From NCBI RefSeq assembly GCF_009914755.1, contig NC_060926.1: a stretch of DNA of 64,000 nucleotides; one strand, written 5' to 3'. A program made the position numbers and the translations under genes. This stretch comes from the human T2T-CHM13v2.0 reference genome, Homo sapiens. The notes beneath the pieces are model-generated. The model was not told where the DNA came from. It saw only the letters and a program-made list of their open reading frames with translations, and did not search any database. Shown here piece after piece: positions 46,474 to 59,120 of this stretch. Positions within the stretch are counted from its first letter, which is position 1; the number at the start of each line of letters is the position of its first letter.

Positions 46474-47324
46474 CTTTCCCTCAGTGACTTCCTCAAAATT
46501 ATAGGAATAGGAGGGGCTGGACAGAACATGCAGAAGTAAGAATGCTGAAAATTTAACCAGAGCTGAAGAAACGTTGACCTTTAGGAACAACAATGACCAA
46601 AAATGTCATCTAGTTATCTTACTCCCTATCTCTTTCCATTGGGTAGTTAGGGAGGAAGCCATAAGCCTAACTTGGTATATATATATATATATATATTTTT
46701 TTTTTCCCTTAAGTTATTATAATTCCAGTGACCCTTGGGCTGCCTTCCTCCAAACTCTGAAAATTTGAACTCAGGCAGTGGGGCCTGAACCCTTACTTGA
46801 TACCTGGTGTCTGAGAATGTTGTTTCTAAGCAAGGATATCAAGATCATGAAAAACCAAGCAGTAACATATCAAATGAAAGAAGAGACATGAGTCCAACTC
46901 AAGCTGCCAGAAAAATTTAATTCATCTTTGATAGTTTGGGCATTTTCCTAACAATATTTTTATGACAAATTGGGTAATTCAAATGTGCTGGCTACCTTTG
47001 AAGCCCTAGAATGAAAGTGAGCTTTTGCCTCATGAGATAAAATAAGACAAGGCTTTGAGAATTCAGTCGCCCCACCCTGGGTAGAATTGTGAGAAGGCAC
47101 ACTGTGTCCCTAGGACCCTCAGACTCACTTCTTTGAAACCTTTTCTTTCCCCACTCTTACCAGGTATGGGGGCTCCATTGCTCTCCTCATTGGATCCTTA
47201 GTGTGAGTGACACAGAGTCTTATTATCCTATGCTGTCTACGTTTGCATTTGAACATTAATTGTGGCAATGACAAGCTTTGTCTTTGAGTCACAAGGCTTG
47301 GAAATAAGACAGAAGATTGGTAAT

Positions 47325-47505
47325 TAGAAGTTCTAATCTGTGTTCATCTACTTATCACTTGTGGGCCCTTAGGCGAGTCATTTAACCTTTATGAGTCTAT
47401 TTTCTCATGTGTCAAATAGTAACGATGATAGTAATATGCACATTTGTGAGTGGCTATAGGGACTAGAGATTAGGTATATAAAGTACCTGGTCCATAAATG
47501 GTAGT
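47325..47505 (+). mobile_element. MIR
   Basis: ttaggcgagtcatttaacctttatgagtctattttctcatgtgtcaaat. Confidence 0.75.
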
Positions 47506-49353
47506 TAAAGGCATGTCGGCCATGCGGGTGTCAGGCATGCAGATGATGGAAAATTTGGGACTTCTCCTATTGACAAGAGGACTTTTCTAGTACAACTGAA
47601 ACTGGCTTATTAGAATGGAGAGTGGTAGCTGCCTACTCAATTAGGGTGGGCCTATGTGTTTTGCCCTAATGCCTCATGTCTACCTAATTTCTCTTTGTGT
47701 CCATTGTAATCATGGAGCCCGAATCTTTGGATCATTTATGAGAGTCATAAATCTAACTGGGTGAAAGTGGAATTGAGAAGAGACTCCAATGTATTTGTGA
47801 GACCAGGTACTTAAGGGTTGCTACATTTGAAACACAATTATAGAATACATACATATACAGAATGACAAATGATTTCCACAAGTTTGACAAGGAAACTAAT
47901 CTTATTACTTTATGGTCACACTTCTGTGACAATGCAACTTAATTTTGCCAAAATGTATTTCTATGTTTATGCACATATACATGCTCCTCAATGGCCTATT
48001 TCTATACTCACCCAAATTGTATATAATCACAAAAAAACTGTCTTTTTTACAATACAGTTTATTTCTTGCACTTCTTAAAGGCAGAAACATTCATTGTGAT
48101 TTCTGTTCTCAGGTAATGAGAAGCTGTGATAGATATTAACAGAAGAAACTTTGAGTGGAAAGTTCTCCAGATTTTCTCACTGCCTCTCTCCAAATTTGAT
48201 ATGCTGTAATATTTTTAGTCTTATTATTATAGTGTCAGGGTGGAGATGAATCATATTGAGAGGAAGAGGTAAAGTGTTAGACTCTAAAAGTGTGTAAACA
48301 GCCATCAAGGGAAATTCTGAAGCATCCTAGTGCTTGGGGAAGGTTTAAGGAGTTTATTCTTGGCACCGTTGCCTATAATCCATAATTAGCAACCCATTGA
48401 TATGGTATTTGTTAAATTCCTACATTGTAGGTTAAGACTATTGAAATTGCAGTACACCAGTGGGAAAACAGACTACAATATTCACACTGGCATAGATTTC
48501 AGTCTCTGGGAGTAGGTAGTTTGCCTGAAGCCAGATAGTTCTTAGGAATCAATAACCTCATTAGCCCCAGGAGACTGGATCTCTATACTTTGTAGAGTGG
48601 TACAGTTGCTGGAACATCTGCCAATGGGCACCTGCCTTAGTGGAAAGAGAATTATTTTTTTGTAGGCATTAAAGCTCAGAATAATTCAAAAACATTCCTC
48701 TAGGTACTGAACAACTATTTATCAATCTTACAGATGGAATTATTGCTGTCTCTGCCCGAAAGCCTTTGTTGACGTCTCCTTCCAATCAGTCAGCTCAGGG
48801 TTTAATCTGGTTAATCCCACAGAGCAATGGAGTTCTTTTTCTGCCATAGCTTTTCCTTAGTCCAAGGAGAAGGAAGAAATATTTAGATTCGTGAGAGGTC
48901 TGTGTTCTCCAGCACGCTGCTGCAGTATCAGAAATACACGGCAAAAATGAAGCAACTTGTTTTCCTTCTTCAAGGGGTAGATGAGAAATAGCTGCAGTTT
49001 TTCAAACTGTGGAAAATGTAACTATGTATGTTTCTGCTGCATGGTATAACTGACTGTCAGGTGTGGATCAGAAGCTAGTTGATGATGATAATGAAATATG
49101 TCATTATTTCCCCATTTCTAGAAGTGCTCAGTGTGAGCAGACAGTAGATCCAAAGCATAGAGTAATTAAGACCAGGCCCTAATAAAACTCAGATCCGAAG
49201 GTTGTCTTGGCTCTACCTATCAACTTCTTTTTCTATCAGTTAAAATATGTGTGGAATGTAATGATAATCTGAGTCATATCAGTGGCATGGAAGAGAGGAA
49301 AAAAGGATGGATTCAGCGATACTAAAAAGGTAGTCTCAGGAGGATTTGGTGAC

Positions 49354-49806
49354 TGTGTTAGTTTCCTAGTGCTGTCACAACAAATTACTCCAAACATGGG
49401 GCCTAAAACAACAGACATTTATTCTTTCCTAGTTCTGGAGGCCAGAAGTCTGAAATCAAGGTGCCAGCAAAGCCATGCTCCTTTGAAGGACCTGGGTGAG
49501 AATCCTTCCTCACCTCTTCAGCTTCCTGTGAGCCTCTTAAGTCTTCCTTGGCTTATAGCTGAGTAACTCCAACCTTTGCCCCTGTCTTTCTTCACATGGC
49601 CTTCTCCTCCTTCTCTGTCTTCTTTCCATGTGAAATCTTCTTCTTTCTTTCTCTTATAAGGATGCTTGTCACTGGATTTAGGGACTATCCAGATAATCCA
49701 GGATGATCTCATCTCAAGATCCTTAACTCAAGGACCCTTTTCCCAAGTAAGGTTCTATTAACAAGTTTGGGATTAGGACATGGAGGGTACCACTTAACTC
49801 ACCACA
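49354..49806 (-). mobile_element. MLT1C-type MaLR solo LTR inside an L2 fragment
   Basis: TG...CA ends; TSD gtgac/gtaac; agttctggaggccagaagtctgaaatcaaggtg motif. Confidence 0.9.
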
Positions 49807-50582
49807 GTAACCACATGAACGTATTTGTTTGATTAAGGAGTTCTAATAGGGATGAATCCCAAATCTCTGGTCAGGACAGATGGTAAGATTGTGGTGGCAA
49901 ATACCTAGAAGAGGAAACATTTGAGGAGACGCTGGTTTTCTCATTTAGTTTTAGACACTGAGTTTAAGGTGGGGGATAGAGGAAGCAGAAATTGACTTCA
50001 CCATTTTGTCTCATGTTAACCCAGCTTTGAGATTTACAAGAATGCTGTCAATGTTTTTCAACTAGCACACATGCAAATAGATAAAGGCTACAGCTATTCC
50101 TGAGTTCGGCCTTAGATTATTCTATGTCTTTGTAAAATTTTACTTTCAGAATACTTTGAGATAAACAGTGTGATTTATGAACAAAATTAATTTTTCCTTT
50201 ATATCCTAGCAGCAGTTAATATTTGAAGTATCCTGATCAGGAATACACACTTCAGGCATAATTACCAAGCACTTCAAATATTGCCATGGAAATCTGCTCT
50301 TAAGGACTTGATAATTAGCATAAGAGATGTAAAAATAATTTTTCACTAATGAAAAGATGGGTGTTGGACATATATATTGACTCTCGTGTCCCACCACTGT
50401 TGCATGAAAACTTATGGGAATCTGACAAGCCCAGCCATCGAGTTCCAGTTCCTTCAGAGATGCCCTCAGCGTAGAGCTCATTAGTCCTGGGTCCCACATG
50501 TCACAGAACACCATTGCCTGATCAGAATGTCGCCTGTTCCCATCATTAAACATTATGGCATCTGCCTTGGAGTGAGACTTTT

Positions 50583-50583
<1 letters not shown>

Positions 50584-50622
<39 letters not shown>
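50584..50622. repeat. (CA)n microsatellite
   Basis: Perfect dinucleotide run. Confidence 0.98.
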
Positions 50623-50624
<2 letters not shown>

Positions 50625-51274
50625 CTGGATGGGGGAAGACAGACTTCTGGTGATTTAGAACTGATACTAACTGCTACTTCAAAATTGGAGGACTAAGGCA
50701 TAATTGTTATTTGATATTTGCTTCTTCAAATAAATCGTATTCTTGATAATTCAAATAATAGTTATTATTGGAAAAATAATAATTTCAAAAATCCAATTTA
50801 TTAAACCTGTGTGATTTGAGAGAGTTACAACAGTATTTCATGGGTTGAGAAACCACAAAAGGGATCAGTTCTAGTAATTTAATAGTGCTGCTGATTCTGT
50901 ATATCATCAAGTCACCACCGGGTTTATACTTCGGAAAGTGTCCATATTTTATTGCAAAAAATGAAGGGAATTTATTGAAGAGAGACCATAGAAGTATTAT
51001 AGATGTATAATAAGGGTAAAATTCTCTAACTAAAACATTTTATGTTTCCAAGATTACAATTCGCATGTGGAAGAGAAAGTAGCTTTCATAAAGGAGGGAA
51101 ATGTGTTGGTTTTAGGGAAGAATACAAGCAAAAATTGTGAAACATTAGCAACCTGTTTATAACTTTTAACTAAATCTGATTTTCTCCCTATTTTTGGTAA
51201 AGGAATTAAAGACTAACCAGAAATAGAAAACATGTCAAAACTTTTTATTGGAGTTGTCCTTCTAAATAAACATG

Positions 51275-51416
51275 TAGCCATGTGTGGTGGCATGCACCTG
51301 TGTCCTAGCTAATCAGGAGGCTGAGGCCAGAGGATTACTTGAACCCAGAAGTTTGAGGCTACAGTTGCTAGGATCACACCACTGCACTGAGTGACAGAGC
51401 AAGATCCTGTCTCAAA
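51275..51416 (+). mobile_element. Alu right-arm monomer (FRAM/AluJ-like)
   Basis: Single arm with gaggattacttgaaccc; followed by (CA)n at about 51430-51459. Confidence 0.88.
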
Positions 51417-51689
51417 TATGTATATTGAGACACATACACACACACACACACACACACACGTAGTAACTAAAAGGTAACCATTTGGGATTGAGATTTCTCT
51501 TCAAATAGAGTCAGTAAATGTCACATAGTTGCCTAAGTCTGAGTTAGGTCTGACACTGAACAATGGAAGAGGCTCTTGGTCAGAAAATTTTACTCACATG
51601 GGAAGAAGAAAGGAGGGAAGATGAGGAAACAGGGCAAAGGAAAGATAACAAAGCCGGTGAGAATACTCGATTCTTTTCTTGTAATCATG

Positions 51690-51990
51690 GACTCATAGAA
51701 TCGTAGCAGCAGAGGTTCCATAAGGTCACCTAATTCCTGTTCCTCAACTGTATTGTAGATAGCAGTCACCAGGTTTACTTCTACTTAAGGCAGTATTTAC
51801 AATTCACACTCCTCTAATTGTTAGAATGCTTTAACTCACACTGAGCAGAACTACCTTTCTTAGATTTGATGGGTCCTGGTTCTGTCCTCTGGAAAACATG
51901 GAATAATTCTTCTCCCTCTTTGGCCTGACAACATTTCAAATGTTTAAAGACAGCTGCCATCTCCCTTCTGTATTTTAAAATAAATGGATA
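51690..51990 (-). mobile_element. L3/CR1 LINE 3' fragment
   Basis: ctctaattgttagaa...gtcctggttctgtcctctgg...ttcaaatgtttaaagacagct; ORF 51814-52083 contains MAAVFKHLKCC, like the CR1 RT C-terminus. Confidence 0.75.
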
Positions 51991-53259
51991 ATCAGGGACA
52001 GTTATAATCACCTGAGATTTGCATGACAGGGACATTCTGGGGAGTTTCACACCAGCTCTATCCAGACAATCTAAGCGGAACAACCTGACAGCTATAGAAG
52101 AGGCTCCAAGATAGATTTACTGTCCTCATCTCAGTTTTCTGGCCAAAAGTCTTAAGAATATGAAATGCTAATGCTATTTGGAGTACTTTGTTCTCAAGTG
52201 AAAGCTAAATTAAATCTCATGGTCATGAATTGTGATACGATTTTAAAATGGCTGTTTTCATTCATTATTAGCCCAATTTTACATCCTTGTTTTTGTGATG
52301 TAAAAAGAATGAATTCAGTGCAACTAAAAGATCAACGTGATGTTTTGTCAAATACTTAGATCAACAACAAGTGATTATTGCATATTTAATTTTCTTTTCT
52401 AGAATCACAGAGACACAGCTTAACAGTAATTTACAGTTTTGAATGTAAGATGGCAGGTATGAAAATCACCCAACAAACATTGTTTTTTGGATATCTAATT
52501 GTGTTGTCTGTAATTTACTTTTAAAATACTTTAACATAGTGATTTAGTTTTAGTGTACAGTGTTAGCGTACAATTCTGTTCAGGTGAAGGTTGGTTACCA
52601 TTTGGAGTACCCTGATTGGGAATATACCCTAATTGGGAATACTGGAATGGTTATGCAACACTGGAGAGACATGAGTCAGAGACACTTCAGCAAGTTTTCT
52701 TCTTAAGTTTTGATCAACACCAGAGATTTTGTTAATGGCTAAATTATTAGAAATATGTTTATGTTTATTAGAAATTATTTCTGTATTGATAAAATTAGTA
52801 ATGATAAAGAAATGTGGATTTTCTGAAAATATTACACAGAAATTCCTGTCTTTGCGTGCACAGGACATAATATTTTTAAAGTCCCAATACTTGATAGCTT
52901 TCAGAATGGCACTCCTGACTTCTGACTGAACCAGTAGATGATTTGAAAAATCTGACCATTTCTATTAAAAAATTAGGTAAATCCTGCCACTCTAATAAAC
53001 CTTTTCATTCAAGAAGCCATCAGAGCACATTAAAAGGTAGAGATGTGGGACTTCCTCAAGCTTACAGAACAGGTTCTATGACTGCTTTTGTGTCTACTTT
53101 CTGTGGCAGAATGCCATCTGAGACTTCTTTCCATTGTATTCCTCTGCCTGGTAGCCAGGATTTAGAAGAAAAGACCTATGGCTCTCATCTACCTATAGAT
53201 ATGAAAGGTGTGTTAAATTGGATTATTGTTTAAAAATACTGTGTAAATAGAACACTTCT

Positions 53260-53835
<576 letters not shown>

Positions 53836-53904
53836 AGGCTGCCAATATTTATCCCCCAAACCTAATGATCACGAATACTCAAATTAGACTAAGTAGTAGA
53901 CAAT

Positions 53905-54345
53905 TTTCAAATAATGCTTCATTTAATTCTCACAACAAATCTGGGAGGTAGACATTATTTTTTCTATTGTATGGATAAAGCAATCAAGGCTAAGAGAGAT
54001 AAAAACAAGTTGGACCAAATCACACCACTAGGAGAAATAGAAGGAGAATTAGCTCTAATCAGATTGTAGAGTTACATCCTCTTCCATTGTACTGCATTGC
54101 TCACTCATACTGATTTGCTTAGATTGAATTGAACTTTTTAGATAAAGATGTATCCATGCATGCAGCAACAGAGACAACAACTGAACACATAATCCGATGA
54201 GGGTCATTCATGTGCACGCTTACTCAGCCAACTCACCTTTAATGAGCACCTACTATGTGCCAGTGCATTGTAGTATGTCCTAGGGATTTAATGATTAAGT
54301 ATGATAGACATTGTCCCTGTCCTCACAGGGCATCTAATCTTATTA
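53905..54345 (-). mobile_element. MIR fragment followed by an L2 3' fragment
   Basis: tcatttaattctcacaacaaatctgggaggtag; tgagcacctactatgtgccag...tgtccctgtcctcacagg. Confidence 0.7.
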
Positions 54346-56599
54346 TGGATGTGTTTAATATATACATGCTTTAAATTTTGTTTGTGATGTCAGAATTTGG
54401 CCTAATTTTACACTGTGTATATAAACAACAGCCCCAGACAAAGGAAACTCTGTTCCTGATGGAGTGACTTTTCAGGTGGTAACTACTATTTGGAATGCAA
54501 TAACAACTATGCTCAGAAATGCATTCAACTACTAAATGCATCTGAGGGTTGTTCTTCCACACAATGTTCCAGTATATTACAGGTCAGAGAGTTGGAGAAT
54601 AAGAAAATTACTCCTACTGTTCTGGGGGCGGGGGTGGAATAAAAGCAATAGGATATTATAATTCTTATTAATAAACATTATTAAACTCAGACAATTTCTG
54701 AAGTTTAGAATAAAAATAATTAATCTACTGAAAGAATGGTAAACTAGAAAAGATTAAAAATTATAATTAAAGAATGAAAATGACATTTGGTATCAGAGTC
54801 ATCTCAGCAGACTATCTGAACAGTGCACTAAACAAAGTGAATTATTTCTACCATAATAATGGTATTTACTGTAATACAATGGCATACTAGAAATCTAATT
54901 GCAACCTGTCAAGGATTAAAAAAACCACAGTTATAATTGGAAAATACAGGAAGAATAGATATGATCTGTATTTTTAAAGGAATATGGCAATGCTACTATA
55001 TGGTTCAATTTTCAGATATCAGGATTTAATATAATAAGAAAATACAGAGAAAATGAAAATTGGGGAAACTTTTGAATAGGTGCTTTAAGAAGGGGATTTG
55101 CAACCGATTGGAAACAGGCTGATTTTGATTACATTTTAATGTGAGATAAAGTAAAGATGGGGTAAATCCAAAGTAAAACATAATTATAAGTTTCTACATA
55201 ATCCCTGGCAAAATATTAAAGATTAGATTTCAGAATTGTGTTAGTAGTTCCATACAACTTTTACTATTCATAGTTACCCATTGTACATTAAGCATTGTCA
55301 GAAACAAAAAATATATTCATAAATGGAAATAGTAAAAAAGATATTTAATAAGATATCTGGATTTTAAAGTTTTTCCTTTTCTGAAATAAAAGAAAAAATA
55401 AATAAAACACAATAGAAAACAATCTAAATACTAGAATATGAGTGAGGCAACAGAATGATATGAATTCATTTTTAAATAGAAAAAAATTAAGTGCAAAGTA
55501 CTTTATTTAAAAAGCATGAACACACCATTTTATATACTATCCCCTGATTTATTTTCACAATGTCTTATGTGTATATATGTATATTACACATGCACACACA
55601 CTTACACACACACAAGTCCCATGGGAGCACATTTGAATGGGTATGCATAATGAGTCATGGAGGTTAATTGGCCAAAAATTTGGGTAAGTAGTCCTATTTC
55701 CACAACGGCCGAAAAAGATGAGCATCACTCATTCTAACATACACGGAACCCTCAAATGTGATCAGAAAAATCAACAGCTCTTAACTTAAATACTGATAAT
55801 CGATAGATTCACAGTACTGATACATAGGTGAGAATAATAGCTTCATTTCAGGTAAGTATAAGGGATTTGGGAATATCTGGTTATGAAGAGTCTAAGATTG
55901 AAAATAAGTGCTGATAGAAACTGTTCATGAAATGTGGCCACCATCCATTCTATATTCTGAGAAACAATGTGGTAATAATCTGGTGATTTTGGTCTTTTTT
56001 GTCTGTTTGTCCCAAGTACAGAAGTTGATGGACATACACAAAATAAACTTCTGCTAAAAACCTTGATGAGTGATAAAGGCCATCTGCCAGCAGCTGGTGA
56101 AGTGTACTTTGACAGGCTGTATATTGCAGAGAGAGAGGGAGAGAGAGAGACTATTAGAAGATATTTTCAGAAATAGTTGTGGATTTTTTGTAAATGAAAT
56201 TAAAACATAAAACACAGAAGGCATATAGTAGGGAAATAAAAGTCAAAATTGCATTCCTAAAGTACTGTCATCTCTGAGGAAATTGTATTAGCTTTATCCA
56301 TCTCAAAGTATTTTTCTGAAGCATGTGATTAAATAACAATAATATTGACTTCTATTTAAAGATATGTTACTTTATTATTATGTTACTTTGCTGAATTCGT
56401 TATTAAAGATATTGACATTTGAGATGGTTAGAGTACTAGAAGGCATAGATCTGGCTATAAATTTATTATGTTTTAGAATAATATTTATTTTCTCTCTGAT
56501 TATAATGGCACTACATTGTAAGGAATTTGGATCATAAGAATCACACACAAAAAACAGACAAATCTGTACTCCTACCATACATTATAGGTGAGATTATAG

Positions 56600-57058
<459 letters not shown>

Positions 57059-57269
57059 GAGAAACATAAATTTTAATTGCTGTGTAATATTCCATTACAT
57101 AAATGAACTCTATATTTAGTGTTCTATTTATTTATATATTTATTTTTGTGACTTTACATGACCTAAGAATTAACATGTTTGTATTTCAGAATATTTTTTA
57201 GCAAAGATCTTTAGAATTGGAATTATTGAGTCAAAGGCTAAATGTTTAACATGAAGCTATGGTAAATAC

Positions 57270-58850
57270 TGGCTAGCTGTTTGCCAAACTTGCTTGATTT
57301 TCCTTCTGAGTACAGAGATAGGCTACATTTCTCAGCCTCCCTGGCAGTGAGGTAAGGACATGAGAATGAATTCTTCCCAAAGGAATGTGGCAGAAGTGAT
57401 ACAATCATGCACAATGCTTCCAGGTCTGGCCCAAAATGACCTCTTACACAATTCTCAAGGCTCTCTCTTTCCTTATTTGCTGATGGTGTGTCAGTGCAGG
57501 GTGAGCTTGAGGCATTTGAGAAAGACAGCAGAGCATTTGTCAGGCTGTTTCTGAAGAAATGTGGGGCAGAATACCCTTCATTCCCACTGGCTTGAATTGA
57601 TATCAGATTGAGAAATAAAATTCCAATAAAATGTTAAGATATTGAGATTTGGGGGTTTAGACATTTTAGTGCTAGCATAATCTTAACTAATAGAGATATT
57701 ACCATTGAAACTTAGGTACTACTCTGTAATAAAAACCTAAAATATGTGGAATCAGCATTGGGTAGTGAGGACATTAATATCAGAGGATAGGAAGATGGAG
57801 ACTCATGTAATACAGTGGTAAAATATGTGTTAACAATTCGCGATAGCAAAGACATAGAGTCAACCTAAATGCCCATCAATGACAGATTGGTTAAAGAAAA
57901 TGTGGTACATACACACCATGGAATACCATGCAGCCATAGAAAAGTACGAGCTCATAGTCTTTTGTGGGAACATGAATGGAGCTAAACAGAAAACCAAATA
58001 CCACATGTTCTCACTTACAAGTGGGAGCTAAAGGATAAGAACTCATGGACACAACGAAGGAAGCAACAGACACCAGGGTCTACTTGAGGGTGGAGAGTGG
58101 GAGGAGGGAGAGGAGCAGAAAAGATAACTATTGGGTACTGGGCTTAATACCTGGGTGATGAATTAATCTGTACAGCAAATCCCGTGACATGGGTTTACCT
58201 ATATAACGAACTTGCACATGTACCCCCAAACCTAAAATAAAAGTTAAAAAAGAAGTACATAAAATAAAATATGTGTTAAAACTGTCACCAGAAATAGCAC
58301 AAATGCAGCCGGGTACTCATTGAGCCTGTAGCTCTAGGGAAAGAGACTGGAAAACAGAATTTTGTGATATGTGTTGGTGGTTACTGGCTTCCATTAGGAA
58401 GGTATTAGAAGAAAAAAAAAAATGAATCAGTAAATAGCTTGACAGGTTCCAAGCAGAAATGAAAATAAATACAGAGAGAGAAGAAATCTGGGGCATCAAA
58501 GAGATTGAAACACCAACGTTTCTAGATTCCAAACAATAGGAAATACAATTAAAGGTGTAGCTTTTTCTCCCAAACCATATGACTTCAGGGATGCTGGCAT
58601 CAAATTGGGTGCATGTGAGAGAGGCATGAAGCTGAGGAAGCAAGGAAAGAAATAACGGATAATAGTTACGTTTGTGAAAGAACTTTGGGTAGGGTTCCAC
58701 ATAAGCCTGGACTTAAAAAGCCACTGACAGCCTGAGCCTTAAAATCATCCTTGAGCCCCCAAACAGACAGAGAAGTTTCTTATCAAAAGTAGAATCAGAG
58801 TCAAGGAAAAGCACTGTTTCACTCTCAAGTAGGGCCTTCGGGATTCACAC
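57270..58850 (+). mobile_element. MLT1J-like LTR (to about 57693) plus adjoining MaLR internal sequence, split by an L1PA
   Basis: gctacatttctcagcctccctggcagtgagg...gagaaataaa...gagatttgggggtt...taactaata, then aataaaaacctaaaatatgtgg internal motif. Confidence 0.7.
57834..58264 (+). mobile_element. 5'-truncated L1PA (PA13-16-like)
   Basis: ORF2 end/3' UTR gagaggagcagaaaagataactattgggtact; perfect TSD taaaatatgtgttaa at 57819-57833 and 58265-58279. Confidence 0.93.
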
Positions 58851-59102
58851 ATGATTCCATTTACATGAGCTATTCAAAAAAGGTACATCTATGGAAGCAG
58901 GAAGTAGATTAGTAGTTCCTCGGCATTAGGGTGGGAGTTACAAATGGGCATGGGAGGCCTTTGCAGGGTGCTGGAAATATCCTAAAGCTGGATGGTGGTG
59001 AGAGTTGCACAACTGTGTGAATTTACTAAAAATCATTGAATTGTATAGTTCAAATAAGTAAATTTTATGATATGTTAATTACATCTCAAAACAAACTTTT
59101 AA
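58850..59102 (+). mobile_element. Old L1M (ME-like) 3' end
   Basis: atgattccatttacatg...ggtggtgagagttgcacaactgtgtgaatttactaaaaatcattgaattgta. Confidence 0.82.
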
Positions 59103-59120
59103 GATAAAAACCTGTGCTGG

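Noticed and set aside
55849-55857. Perfect splice donor CAG|GTAAGT (also AAG|GTGAGT at 8418-8426)
   Set aside because: Isolated 9-mers are expected by chance in 64 kb; no supported exon.
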